Below the pieces are notes generated by a model. It made no database searches and was not told where the DNA came from. It saw only the letters and a list, made by a program, of their open reading frames with translations. A stretch of DNA of 63,860 bases, the filler included, from Octopus bimaculoides (taxonomy: Eukaryota), in the NCBI RefSeq assembly GCF_001194135.2. It is 5 parts of 5 records of this genome, joined end to end, with 100 filler letters (N's around TTAATTAATTAA, not from the genome) between each part and the next. Parts side by side here need not be neighbours in the genome. Positions count along the whole stretch, not along the records: positions 26,658 to 56,186 come from NC_068997.1; positions 56,287 to 60,869 come from NC_068984.1; positions 60,970 to 63,860 come from NW_026349830.1; 2 more parts are not named here. The stretch is one strand, 5' to 3'. Position 1 is the stretch's first letter. Each line of letters starts with the position of its first letter. Below are positions 51,216 through 63,070 of this stretch, piece by piece. The translations under genes were made by a program, and so were the position numbers.

Positions 51216-51550
51216 TGCAAGAGAGACGATTGCGCTGGTATGGACATGTGGTGAGAATGGAGGAGGATAGCTGCGTGAAAAAGTGCCACACCCTAACAGT
51301 TGAGGGAACCCGTGGAAGAGGTAGGCCCAGGAAGACCTGGGCTGAGGTGGTGAGGCAAGACCTTCGTACATTGGGCCTCACCGAGGCGATGACTACTGAC
51401 CGAGACCTTTGGAAATGTGCTGTGCGTGAGAAGACCCGGCAAGCCAAGTAAGATCGTTGCCAGTGCCCCTGGACTGGTTCTTGTGCGGGTGGCACATGAG
51501 ATGCACCATTTTGAGCGTGGCCGTTGCCAGTACCGCCTGACTGGCTCCTG
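51216..51550 (+). mobile_element. Comparatively intact 3' fragment of an RTE LINE
   Basis: Open frame QERRLRWYGHVVRMEEDSCVKKCHTLTVEGTRGRGRPRKTW...REKTRQAK*, inserted after (TA)n. Confidence 0.9.
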
Positions 51551-51776
51551 NNNNNNNNNNNNNNNNNNNNNNNNNNNNNNNNNNNNNNNNNNNNNNNNNN
51601 NNNNNNNNNNNNNNNNNNNNNNNNNNNNNNNNNNNNNNNNNNNNNNNNNNNNNNNNNNNNNNNNNNNNNNNNNNNNNNNNNNNNNNNNNNNNNNNNNNNN
51701 NNNNNNNNNNNNNNNNNNNNNNNNNNNNNNNNNNNNNNNNNNNNNNNNNNNNNNNNNNNNNNNNNNNNNNNNNNNN

Positions 51777-51850
51777 AAAGAGAGCAATGGTAAGGTTGGA
51801 GAAGTATTTTATCCATAAAATACTTCTCCAACCTTACCATTGCTCTCTTT
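51777..51850. repeat. Perfect 36-bp-arm palindrome with 2-nt loop
   Basis: AAAGAGAGCAATGGTAAGGTTGGAGAAGTATTTTAT-CC-reverse complement. Abuts a gap. Confidence 0.95.
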
Positions 51851-52014
51851 ATCTTTTTATTTTTATATATTTACATATACACACGCTAATATACGACTTA
51901 TAATACCCAATCCTGTTCATACAACGACTGGGGCAAACTAGTCGGTATACAGCACTTACTCGGTATTACCTGTATCCTCTTGGGTTTGGTTAAATCCAAT
52001 ACCCTCCTCAACCT

Positions 52015-52045
<31 letters not shown>

Positions 52046-52165
52046 ATTGAGATTCACTTGAATTAGGTACTTAAGTTGAAGTACCAAAATTAGTGTGATA
52101 TTATGCGTACAACTCAAAATAAGGTGAATAATATCAAAATAGGCAACAGAATATCCAGAGGTGAC

Positions 52166-52251
52166 GCAGTATGACTGTTTCAAGCAGCTCCATTTAATTG
52201 AACAATGCAATCATTACATCAATTTAAATGCAGGGCTATCCTCTACTGCAT
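52166..52251 (-). ncRNA. Degenerate type I hammerhead-like motif
   Basis: Minus strand TGCAG-TAGAGGA-long stem II-GAAAC-AGTC-ATA-CTGCG. Two core substitutions. Confidence 0.4.
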
Positions 52252-53472
52252 AAATAAATAAATAGAATTTTTTAATCAGTTGGATACATTATTATAATTT
52301 TACTTAAATAGAGCAAGAAGATAGACAAAGTCCATGCTGCCATAACTTTAGCTTAGAATATACTAGACTTCAGGAAAAGTTTGCTGGCGTCATAGCTTGT
52401 AACGGATTTTGGTTCAGTTTTAATTTATTAGTCTTGTTTATCAATTACCAAATCTAAGACTAGAGGACTGTATCTGTTTGTAAAGGGCAAGTATGAATTC
52501 AAAGTACATGGTTGGGTATGGTCATAAATATTGTCAAGACTTTTTTGAAGTAGTATAAAGTAATTGACTATAAAGGAGGTTGGGTAGTGGAAGACCTCAA
52601 ATCAAGATGTTAATTGCCAGTTAAAGGGGCAAGATGCTAATAAAACCTATGATGTTAATACAGAGGAAATCTTATCATGGGGTGCTATAGGTGATTGATT
52701 ATAAACAATATTGTTATGTTGTATAAAGATAAAATTTAAGATTATCAAGAAAGATATTCTAACCAAATAGATAAAATTTGTATATGTACCAAATTTTCAA
52801 CAATAGAAAAGATTACATAGAATTAAATTTATATTCATTCATATACATAATTATTTACTTATTAGGTGGTTTCTATAAAGACTGATCCATGTATTTACTA
52901 ATGGAATACCGGGGTGATAAAACATGCTATCTATATATTATTAGCTAAGAATCAGAAAAAAAAAACTGGAAAAATAAGAGTTGTGTAAAGAAATATACAC
53001 ATATATTTATCTATGTGTACACATGCAAATATTCACACCAGTATTCCATTAGTAAATACTCAGATCAGTCTTTATAGAAACCACCTAATAAGTAAATAAT
53101 TAAGTATATGAGTGAATATTAAACTAATTCTATGTAATCTTCTTTTCTATTGTTGAAAATTTGGTACATATACAAATTATATCTATTTGGTTATAATATC
53201 TTTCTTGATAATCCTAAATTTTATCTTCATACAACATAACAATATTGTTTATAATCAATCACCTATAGCACCCCATGATAAAATTTCCTCTGTATTAACA
53301 TCATTGGTTTTATTAGTGTCTTGCCCCTTTAACTGGTAATTAACATCTTGATTTGAGGTCTTCCACTACCCAACATTCTTTATGGTGGCAGCATGGACTT
53401 TGTCTATCTTCTTGCTCTATTTAAGTAAAACTGCAATAATGTGTCCGACTGTTTAAAAAATTCTATTTATTT

Positions 53473-53560
53473 ATGCAGCAGAGGATAGCCCTGCATTTAA
53501 ATTGATATAATGATTGCATTGTTCAATTAAATGGAGCCGCTTGAAATGGTCATACTGCAT
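53473..53560 (+). ncRNA. Degenerate type I hammerhead-like motif
   Basis: ATGCAG-CAGAGGA-long stem II-GAAAT-GGTC-ATA-CTGCAT. Perfect 6-bp stem I and a U4A substitution. Confidence 0.5.
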
Positions 53561-53591
53561 CACCTCTGGATATCCTGTTGTTTATTTTGAT

Positions 53592-53594
53592 TTC

Positions 53595-53681
<87 letters not shown>

Positions 53682-53840
53682 CATACACATATGTATGTAT
53701 ATATATGTATGTGTGTGTGTATATATATATGTATACATACATATGTATACATATATATGTATATATATGTATATATATATGTATATATATCTGTGTATAT
53801 ATACATGTATGTATATATGTATATGTATATATATGTATGA
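53592..53840. repeat. (TA)n/(TATG)n microsatellite
   Basis: Seen directly in the sequence. Confidence 0.97.
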
Positions 53841-53849
53841 AATTAAAGA

Positions 53850-55700
53850 GAGGAGAAAACAAATTCAAAGGCTGATGTATATATTCATTCAATCCATATT
53901 AACGAAATTCTCCATGGTATACAAAGTGCATATGAATATGCATTCATCTCTATGATATATAAAAAATTTCTAAGAATTTATAAATGTATAAAAATTCATA
54001 CACATATAAAAATTTACAAATGCATAAAAATTCATAAATGTAAATATATAAAAAGGTATAAGTCCATAAATATACTTGCGAAGTCCGAATGAAGAGGATC
54101 ATAAAGCAGATGTAAACTGATTCATAAGGAGCCTGGAACATGTATAATGTCTATGTATAAAGTCTTATGGCTGTTTCAAAAAGATATAAGTTGCTATGGG
54201 CAAGCTAACTTCAACCATAGCAATATTCTATATTTCTCTCATCAGAGTTAATAGAATCACAAGGTTAAATTTTTTTAAAAAATGGTGGATTAAATGATTT
54301 AATAAGAATCGAATGTTTGACTGGACCATTCTCTTCGAGTATATGAAGTTAAAATGTATTACGATACAATGTATAATTTGAGGTATATTATGGCGCTATA
54401 TATAAAATATTAAGTTTTAGAAGAGTTCATAATATGAAGGAAGGCTAAATTAGAATCCTTTAGTTTAATTATTTTTGAAAAATTGAAATGTTGAAAGATA
54501 TTTGTGTCTACAGGTAATTATAACATTAGATATTTTATTGAGTAAACTATTTTTGTTGGCTCAGATTATGTGGATCGCCTCCTTCCTGCATAAATTGCAA
54601 TTCTTCATGTGTGTATTATATGGTGTGGCTTCCCTTATTATAGACCAATTCATATTGAATTCTTTGTTGTTCATTTTTAATCTATTGATGTAGGTTGCTA
54701 GTGTAGTTGAGTTTTTTGCTTTGTGGTTAGTGAACGAGTTTATATGTGCCCTTTATTTACTTTTAAAGTCAATAGTGCTACCTATGTAAAATTTTCTAGG
54801 TTCATTTAGGGTTGAGACTTCGACTTTATATAGGGTATTTCTCCTTAAACAGAAGCCTTTAAGGGGACAAAATTCCCTATTACGACAATTACATGTTTTT
54901 ATTTTGTTTCTGGGTTTAGTCTTACTATTTTTAATATCCAAGTCCTTATTATTGTTCTCCATGTTAGGATCAGTTAGGTAATCTCTAATGGTTTTGTTAT
55001 TTCTAAGTTTAAGTCTGTTATTTGTTGCAATGATTGATCCAAGATAATTTAAGACACAATCTATTAAATATAGAGTGGTATTTATGACCAGGTGGGAAGT
55101 TCCTATCGATAATGCTAAAAAATAACTTAGGGAGGTTTCTTACCTGGAAGGAGAAAGGGGTTGTAAACCATATAATTTCCCGTTTCCTCCCAGAATAGCC
55201 TCTATTCTGCCCCGTATCGTTATCACTATATTTGAAAAATCTGTAGTGTCTTTTAAAGTGTTGTTGATTTCTATATTTGATGGGATTATTTATAGGATGT
55301 GAGTCAATGTTAGAATTCGTAGTATTTGGAAACTGTTTGCCTAATTTATTTTTAAATATCATGTTTTTAATATAGGATATTTTACTATTAAAAACAATTT
55401 CTTTTAGTACTGTATCATAAAGGGGTGCAAACTCATTAAATATTTTTCATTTGCAGATAAGATAGATATTATTATCGACATGCCTTTAATTATTCCCTTA
55501 ATGACACTATGGGGATGGATTGATAAGGTGTGGATGTACTTAATAGTTTTGTTAGGCTTATGATAGGGGTAGCAAAGAAATATTTTTTATAAGAAAATAC
55601 CGACCAAGTCTAAATTCTCTAAACTAGCAACACTGAGACTTTCATATATATTTTAATATTTTTATACGTAGATTTGCAAGTTATTCATAACAAATAAACA
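53850..55700 (-). mobile_element. 3' part of a third Penelope-like lineage (linker + GIY-YIG + 3' region)
   Basis: REIIWFTTPFS...IIDRNFPPGHKYHSIFNR, TCNCRNREFCPLKGFCL and LYKVEV...FYIGSTIDFKSK. Confidence 0.85.
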
Positions 55701-55869
55701 AAGGGGATCGAAGAACCTGATTTCTATTAAAACCATAGGGGGAACAACTTCACCATGACGACTACCACCACTACTACTACTATTATTGTTATTATCATGA
55801 CTGCTGCTAGTTATTCGACAGCTACAACCACTCCTAGAATCTGTAATCTACTAAAAGAACCAGTTGGAA

Positions 55870-56186
55870 TTCACTAAACTTCCACTTGCGGAGACCTGTT
55901 GAGGCAAGTGAAATCGAAATCAAGTTAAATTGGACACTAAACTTCCACTTGTGAAGACCTGTTGAGGCAAGTGAAATCGAAATCGAGTGAAATTTGACAA
56001 CTGGCACTCATGCCAACGTTGTCTCCCTCATTGGACACGAAAAGTGAAATCGAAATCGAGTGAAATTTGACGACTGGCACCCATGCCAACGTCGTCTCCC
56101 TCATTGGACACGAAACTCAGCTTGCGAGGACTTATTGGGGCAGGCGAAATCGAAATCGTGATGGCACCTGTGCCCAGCGTCGCCTT
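55870..56186 (+). repeat. Tandemly repeated RTE 3' UTR-type units
   Basis: Two or more copies each of aaacttccacttg.g.agacctgttgaggcaagtgaaatcgaaatc and of a roughly 70-bp tggcac.catgccaacg unit. Confidence 0.7.
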
Positions 56187-56399
56187 NNNNNNNNNNNNNN
56201 NNNNNNNNNNNNNNNNNNNNNNNNNNNNNNTTAATTAATTAANNNNNNNNNNNNNNNNNNNNNNNNNNNNNNNNNNNNNNNNNNNNTTGTTTTATTTCAT
56301 TCATTGACGTAAGAAAATTTCATAGTTTTACCCTCTTAGGTCCTACAGAAGGGAGGTTTAAGAGATAAAATAACAGATGCTATTATAAAGTATAGGATA

Positions 56400-56720
56400 T
56401 CATCATCATCACTATTTAACAACGGTTTCCCATATTGGCATTGGTTGGATGGTTCAACAACAGTGGTGAGCGAGAGGACTGCAGCAAACTCTAATGTTTG
56501 CTTTGACATGATTTCTATGGCCAGATGCCCTTCCTAATGCCAACTATACAGTGTACTGAATACTTTTTACATGGCAACAGCATCAATGTGGTCACCAGAT
56601 AACTCGCAAGACAAGATTCTTTAAGTGAATAGGGTCTAAGACTAAGAGAGGTGGTTTTTATACCAAAGTGTTGCAAGGTTGAAGTATGATAGAGGGACAG
56701 TAACAAGTGTCTTGCTATAG
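56400..56720 (-). mobile_element. RTE-tail (SINE-like) fragment
   Basis: catcatcatc...gatgcccttcctaatgccaac, the reverse complement of the shared RTE tail. Confidence 0.75.
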
Positions 56721-59149
56721 GGGAGATACATACTCATCATAGTTGGAAAAAGGATAAGATGCCGGTGAAGATGTGCCAGGGCATACCATCAAGGCACAGG
56801 AAGGTAAATATAAATGATACAGAAAATTGGACAGGGTGAGTGGGTAGATAAGAAAGTTCAGAAAAGTGTGAAAGGAGAATGAGAGATGGAAAGAGAAGAA
56901 TGCAATGGGAGGTGCACATGGGCAGCAACATAGCTATGAATATCAGTTGGGAGGAAGGTGGAAGAAGTAGGTATTGGTCAGGTGGCAGCACAGTTGCATT
57001 GAAGTGTTGGGGTAGAGTGCAAGAGAGATGACCCAGTTTTTAGCTTGGCTGCATTACTAAGATATTGTCAACAAAAAAGGATTTGAAAGATAACCACTCT
57101 ACACTATTCTTTCTTAATATCAGAGACAGCTACCCATACCAGTTTCGTCAAGAAGGTTTGAAACATGGTAACCATGGTTTCATAGCTGTTAGTTGTATCT
57201 GACAAAGGATTTGACAGTAAGCCATGATAGCATGGCTTAGTACCATAACCACAGTGGAGTGATCAAGTGTATACTTCATTATATAGCTTATCAGAGTCAT
57301 CCTCATTTATATCACAAAGCACTAAAAGAGCCTTTACACAGTTACAAGATTTGCTAGAAATAGCAGCTAAATTTCCTTCTAGCTCCTCTCTATCAAAGCA
57401 GTGACCTCTCTTGTGATGGCTAATACAAAATAAAGAACTACCATTTTGAAAACAACAACAAAAACGAAAAACATGGGATAATATAGTCCTTGTTATACTA
57501 TATTTGAAAAAAAAAAAATAATAAAAGACAGGATGATCAAGGTTTTGTCTACTTGAGCAAACAACAATCATCTACAACACTTCCACATCACTAGAAGCTG
57601 TACCAATTTCAAGCCTGCTTCTCTCTTCACCTGCGTTTCAGTTGGCAATGACACAAGTAGCTTCTGACAGTAGTGACTAGAGCGTTTATTCCCTCTCTAA
57701 CCATCCCTCACTCTATACATTCTTGTGATCTCAAACCATCCCTACTTTCTGTTCTTCTGTCTCCAGGCCCCACCTTGACACTTAATCACAACTATCTTTA
57801 TCTCTTTTTTTTTCAGCTCCTCCCAGATTATTCCCACTCTCTCTTGTATCATGTGAGCAACTATGTTGTGTCCTCTGCAGCAGAAAACCTGTTCCCCCCC
57901 CTCTTTCACACACTAACTTTTTATCACCAAGCATAAAGCTATCTCTCTTTATATAGTAGTCCTGCTTCCTCAAAGGAAATCTTTATCTTGAGAGCTACTA
58001 GGCAACCTCACTAGTGCTGGTGCCATGAAAAAGCATCCAGTATGCTCTGTAAAGTGATCGACGTTAGGAAGGACATCCAGCTATAGAAATCATGCTTTAG
58101 ATAGTATAATAAGTACACTTTACCATGACACCAGCATTAGAGAGATTGTCATGTCCTTAGCCAGACTAATGGGTCCTCTAAAACCTATGTTGCTTCTGCT
58201 CCTTCACCATCCATTGTACAAAGTGTACTGGGAGCATTTCATCATGGCATCAACACTAATGAACTTGCCTTATGTTCCTCAAAACTAAATACTTCTCACC
58301 TTAGAGTGCAATGATTATTTGTAGATATAATGATTATATATTCTTAGTTTATTAATCCTTTACAAAATATTAGGCTTAATCCATCACCCTGTTTAACACC
58401 ACCATATAAGCTTTGGGTGCCTTTTGCAAAATTTACTCTTACAAACATTTAGACCAGGCCTTTGGTTTGGGGATCATTTCGTTCCTTTTGCTACTCTTGA
58501 AGACCTTTGAAAATAATGGATCATGGGTGCTGCCCTTCTATTTTTAGTTAAAAAGAAATTGCTATTAATACACACAAAAATCTCTATAATAATGTAAGAA
58601 AATGTTTAAAATTTTTATCTAGAGAAAATTAACTTAATAAACTTTACAATGATTTTATAAGATTTTATTAGATGGAAGGCCGATTTCAAATCTTGTTATT
58701 GTCTCATTTATATTGATTTCCCACATCAGTGTAATGCTGATAATTCATAGAAGATATTTGACTGTTACATTTAGCAGAAGTATGTAGTTCATGTGTAAAA
58801 TAGGTTGAGTATGTATTTTCTTGACAACAGGAATATACTATCTGTGAAAATGAACAGAGATTTGAGTGTTTGCAAAAGGCAACACAACTATAATGAAAAC
58901 ATGTAGATTAACCAGAGGAAGGGGAGTTAGTTAAATCCACTCTCGAAATGACAGATAACCTTGAACTGTGTTAACTTCCAAAATAGCAGCACAGACTGAC
59001 AAAAATATAAGCAATCAGGTTAGAGCAAAATTAACTGCAGTTTTAAACCATCTATTTTAAAGAATTAAATCTCTCAGCTTTGAAGAAATATTATTAATTA
59101 AAATAATACTTATAGCATTTCTAGCAATATATAAACATTTCTATGAAGA

Positions 59150-59840
59150 AAAGTTATTAACTAAAATAATAACCATTATAAACTAAACACTTTTGCCAAC
59201 ATGAAAGAAGTCTATACTGATAACAGCGTTCTGAAGTCCTGAAACTGATGATTTCTTCTATGACATTTTGCATTATTGCTTGGTTGTTGAAGACTTTCTC
59301 TTGCAGGAACATATTAAAATGCTTGAGTAAATGGTAGTTAGTCAGAGAGAGGTCTAGGAAGTAAGCTAAGTATGGTAAAATGAAAATATCATTGCACAGT
59401 TTGTTCAATTTTTATAGTCGGTTGCAATCTGTCCTTTTATTCTAATAATTTCTTCCCTCAAACTACTGTTCCCTAGGATTCACTAACTTTGTTTCATTTT
59501 CCTCTACTCTATAATATTCATTCCTTTAGGCTTTCTGTCAAACAACTTTGTAGGCCTCTTCTTAACCTTCTTTATAGTCCCTTATGTTACAGTGGCCTCA
59601 AGCCTTGTTTGGGACAAAATCGTTAAAAAAAAAAAAGGGTATGTACCTAGGTGTTGTCATGTAAAAGAAATGGCTCCTTTGAATTAACCAATGCTGGAAC
59701 ATAATAGAGTTGCACTTGTTGGTACATTTGTATCAATTTCTTGGCAATACTTCTCCACTGCTATGGTTCACTGGGGTTTTATGGAATGATAATGAATGAT
59801 TCCATATGCCAGCTACCAAACAACAACCTGACAAATAATA
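59150..59840 (-). mobile_element. Mariner transposase remnant, interrupted
   Basis: EKYCQEID...FLLHDNT (second catalytic Asp region) and LPYLAYFLDLSLTNYHLLKHFNMFLQEK...WQKCLVYNGYYF (YSPDL region, Hsmar1-like). Confidence 0.8.
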
Positions 59841-60040
59841 TTAAACATAAATATTAAACAGCCTTTTTTTTTTTCTAAGACTAATTATTGCAATATCTAG
59901 TTTTAATTCAAAAGTGTGTTTTCCAGCCCTATGCAATTGAACTTTGTAGAATTTGCAATGCCAAAATTTGGTTTTAACTCTTCCAAAATGTTCCAGATAT
60001 AAATGATTGTATCTTTCTTCCTCCCCTATCTTGTTCAAGT

Positions 60041-60427
60041 GGAGGCGCAATGGCCCAGTGGTTAGGGCAGCGAACTCATGGTCATAGGATCGCAGTTTCG
60101 ATACCCAGATCGGGCGTTGTGAGTGTTTATTGAGCGAAAACACCTAAAGCTCCACGAGGCTCCGGCAGGAGATGGTGGCGAACCCTGCTGTACTCTTTCA
60201 CCACAACTTTCTCTCACTTTTTCTTCCTGTTTCTGTTGTGCTTGTAATTCAAAGGGTCAGCCTTGTCACACTGTGTCATGCTGAATATCCCCGAGAACTA
60301 TGTTAAGGGTACATGTGTCTGTGGAGTGCTCAGCTACTTGCACGTTAATTTCACAAGCAGGCTGTTCCGTTGATCGGATCAACTGAAACCCTCGACGTCG
60401 TAAGCGACGGAGTGCCAACAACAACAA
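60041..60427 (+). mobile_element. Full-length tRNA-derived SINE (family D) with 13-bp TSD
   Basis: A-box TGGCCCAGTGG, B-box GTTTCGATACC, (ACA)n tail, and TSD ATCTTGTTCAAGT at 60028-60040 and 60428-60440. Confidence 0.93.
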
Positions 60428-60969
60428 ATCTTGTTCAAGTATTAAATGTTTGGCCACCTTCAGTTACATAGAGACAGTACCATTGGACTACTTTGAGCAC
60501 AACTGGTTATTTCACATTGTGAAAAGACAACAATTGGCAACAGTAATCAAGGTGACAGGACAAACTGTCTTCCACTTGAAGTGTAAAGCATTGAGATCCT
60601 TCTGCGAATTTATGACATTATGGCATTCTTGAACATCATTGGAATTTTGGTGTGTGTGTGTATGTATTGTTTATGTATATATATATATATATATATATAG
60701 GAACCTGGCAGGCGTGAAGTGGATTCGATCCACTTTACCCATATTTGAATAGCTAGGCCGAAGCGGTCTCCACCACTTGACCCTTTTCTGACCTCTTCTG
60801 CTCCATCTAGAATTGAGGTAAACAAGCTAAATCCTTTGCACTCACTGCCCTGCTTCATGGCTATATAAANNNNNNNNNNNNNNNNNNNNNNNNNNNNNNN
60901 NNNNNNNNNNNNNTTAATTAATTAANNNNNNNNNNNNNNNNNNNNNNNNNNNNNNNNNNNNNNNNNNNN

Positions 60970-61093
60970 AACCCATGCGCTCCAGTTGCAACACTGATTC
61001 TGCCCAAATTTGACGTCATTTTGCTTAGTTTGGTTTGAAATAAAGAACTTGATTAGCTTAATAATCCCGGGCAAAGCCGGGCTATACTGCTAG
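60970..61093 (+). mobile_element. Helitron 3' terminus
   Basis: Hairpin CCCGGGCAAAGCCGGG (61066-61081) followed by CTATACTGCTAG. Homologous to the 3' end of 20744-22477. Confidence 0.88.
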
Positions 61094-62942
61094 TCTTAAT
61101 ATATAAAGCTGAAGTTGTGTGTCTGTGTGAAGCCTTTTTAAAAGTTTATAGAAATCCACATTTTTAACTTTTTCGTAAAAATATTTACATCAATAGAATT
61201 TTCTCGATGTGAACTTTCCAGTGCAGTAATTAGATTTTTAAAATTCCGTTTACTTTGTGTGATTTAAGGGCGATTTGGCTGTTGTTTCTAGCAACTTTTA
61301 TATTTCTTCCCTTCTACCTGGAACGCCGTTCTTACACACGCGCTCAACATAAAAATATAGAGAGTAAGAGTGAAAGAGGGAGAGGGAGAGAGAGAGAAAG
61401 TGATACATTCATAGTCATAGATTAAACATTCATATCAGTATTCTTTACTTATTTTTCATAACATAGATACGTAAAAACACACACAACCACACATACGTGA
61501 CATGTGACAACAGCACACATTGCTCTCCATCTCTATTCATTTCTCCCCCTCTTCCTCTCTCGCTCTCTCAAACGCATACACGTGCACAATCATTCACAAA
61601 AATATAAATCATGTTCGTCAATGTGGCATAACTACAGAGTTGTATCCCCCCAACTTTGGAAGGTTATAACTTTCATAAAAATGAATATTTTTTTATGAAA
61701 TTTTCTATGCATATATTATTTATTATGTAGATTCCAAATATACAAAAATTTTCGGTGAAAGTGTTTTGGGAGGGTGGGGGTACAATTTTCGGAAATTCCA
61801 CTTAAGTTCCTCATAACTTCCAGGAAAATGAATATTTTTACGTGAAATTTTCTACAAATATACCTTGATGTATGTACATTTCGATCATGTAGGAATTTTG
61901 ATGGAAACAACTGCAGGTTATTTTTGAGAAGTGTTCCCCACTCGGTGGTGTTTTGGAACAAGTCATCCATATTTGTTTCAGTTTTCTCTATTATGTGCAT
62001 CCTTAAATTTCTAATGAAGTAATAGGCAGTGAAGAGAAGCCGTCATAAGAAAACTTTTAACTACCTCTATTCCTTTCTCCCCCTCTCTCTACCTCTTCCT
62101 CTCTCACTCTCTCAAACACATACATGTGCAAGTACACAATCATTCAGTAAAATATAACTCATGTTCGTCAATGTTTTGTAAATATACCATGATTTTCACT
62201 AGGGTGTTAGGGTTTAGGGTTACGGTTACAGTTAGGATTAGGATTAGTGTTACGGTTACGGTTTTAGGGTCAGGGTTAGGGTTTTAGGGTTAGGGTTTTA
62301 GGGTTAGGGTTTAGGGTTAGTGTTAGGGTTAGTGTTAGGATTAGGTTTAGGATTAGGGTTGGGTAATCGTGCGGGTGTTAATCTGGAAAAGTACCGACCC
62401 TGCCATCTATTATAACTTTTGTTGTTCTGTTTGATTATTCCTCCAAAGAAGAGAGTTTGCTGGGCAAAGACAGCAACCGGTTTAAAATGACAGCAAGACT
62501 GCAGCAATTCACCACATTCCAGAAGCTACTTTGAACATAATGCAAAATGGTGCATCAACACCTTCTGCCCAATCTGATAGAATTCTGGCAAAACTGTCTA
62601 GCAACAGCTCGACAGCAATTGCTTCATCACAAATTGCCATCCTAGCTCCTGCGAAAAAGGATAACCCTGCTATGTATAATCAGGGCAGCGCAAAAAGTTG
62701 TTTTGCACAAACATTTCTATAGCCAATTAAACGGATGAAATTTACGTATGCTTAATAATTTTATGCAAAACAGCCTTCAGACTTTCCCTATTAATTTCAT
62801 TATCTTTTGAATTATGAACATATTTACATCATAAGAGTTTTTTCATTGTAATGCTTTCTTTTTTAGTTGATTTTCACCTAGCAAGACTTATTGTAAATGG
62901 CGTAATAAGTCACACCCGAACAAGGTCGGGTTATACTGCTAG
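61094..62942 (+). mobile_element. Non-autonomous Helitron
   Basis: Starts TCTTAATATATAAAG and ends with hairpin CCCGA-ACAAGG-TCGGG + TTATACTGCTAG followed by T. Confidence 0.85.
62200..62362. repeat. Degenerate telomere-like (TTAGGG)n tract
   Basis: Mix of TTAGGG, TTTAGGG, TTAGGA, TTACGG and TTAGTG units inside the Helitron. Confidence 0.9.
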
Positions 62943-63034
62943 TACATATATATATATATAATAATTTTCCAGAGGATATATCGAATTTGAAGTCTCTGTC
63001 TCTTTTGAATATGAAAATTTAAAAGTTAAAAACC

Positions 63035-63070
<36 letters not shown>

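Larger units (their letters stand above)
52045..53590. mobile_element. Fold-back element 2, same family as 25884-26540
   Basis: Left arm 52134-52345 plus 52583-52915 pairs with right arm 53035-53590. About 240 bp (52345-52582) is present only in the left arm. Confidence 0.85.

Noticed and set aside
50561-51451. Longest ORF in the window (296 aa)
   Set aside because: Chance fusion of a CT-rich repeat, a (TA)n tract and an RTE C-terminal fragment. Not a gene.
57263-57437. Minus-strand exon-like ORF (HHKRGHCFDREELEG...)
   Set aside because: Overlaps a repeat-like motif (gctgctatttctagc, similar to about 61276), ends in a stop without a good donor, and has no recognisable homology.
60041-60120. 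tRNA-like sequence
   Set aside because: It is the head of a SINE with body, tail and TSD, not a tRNA gene.
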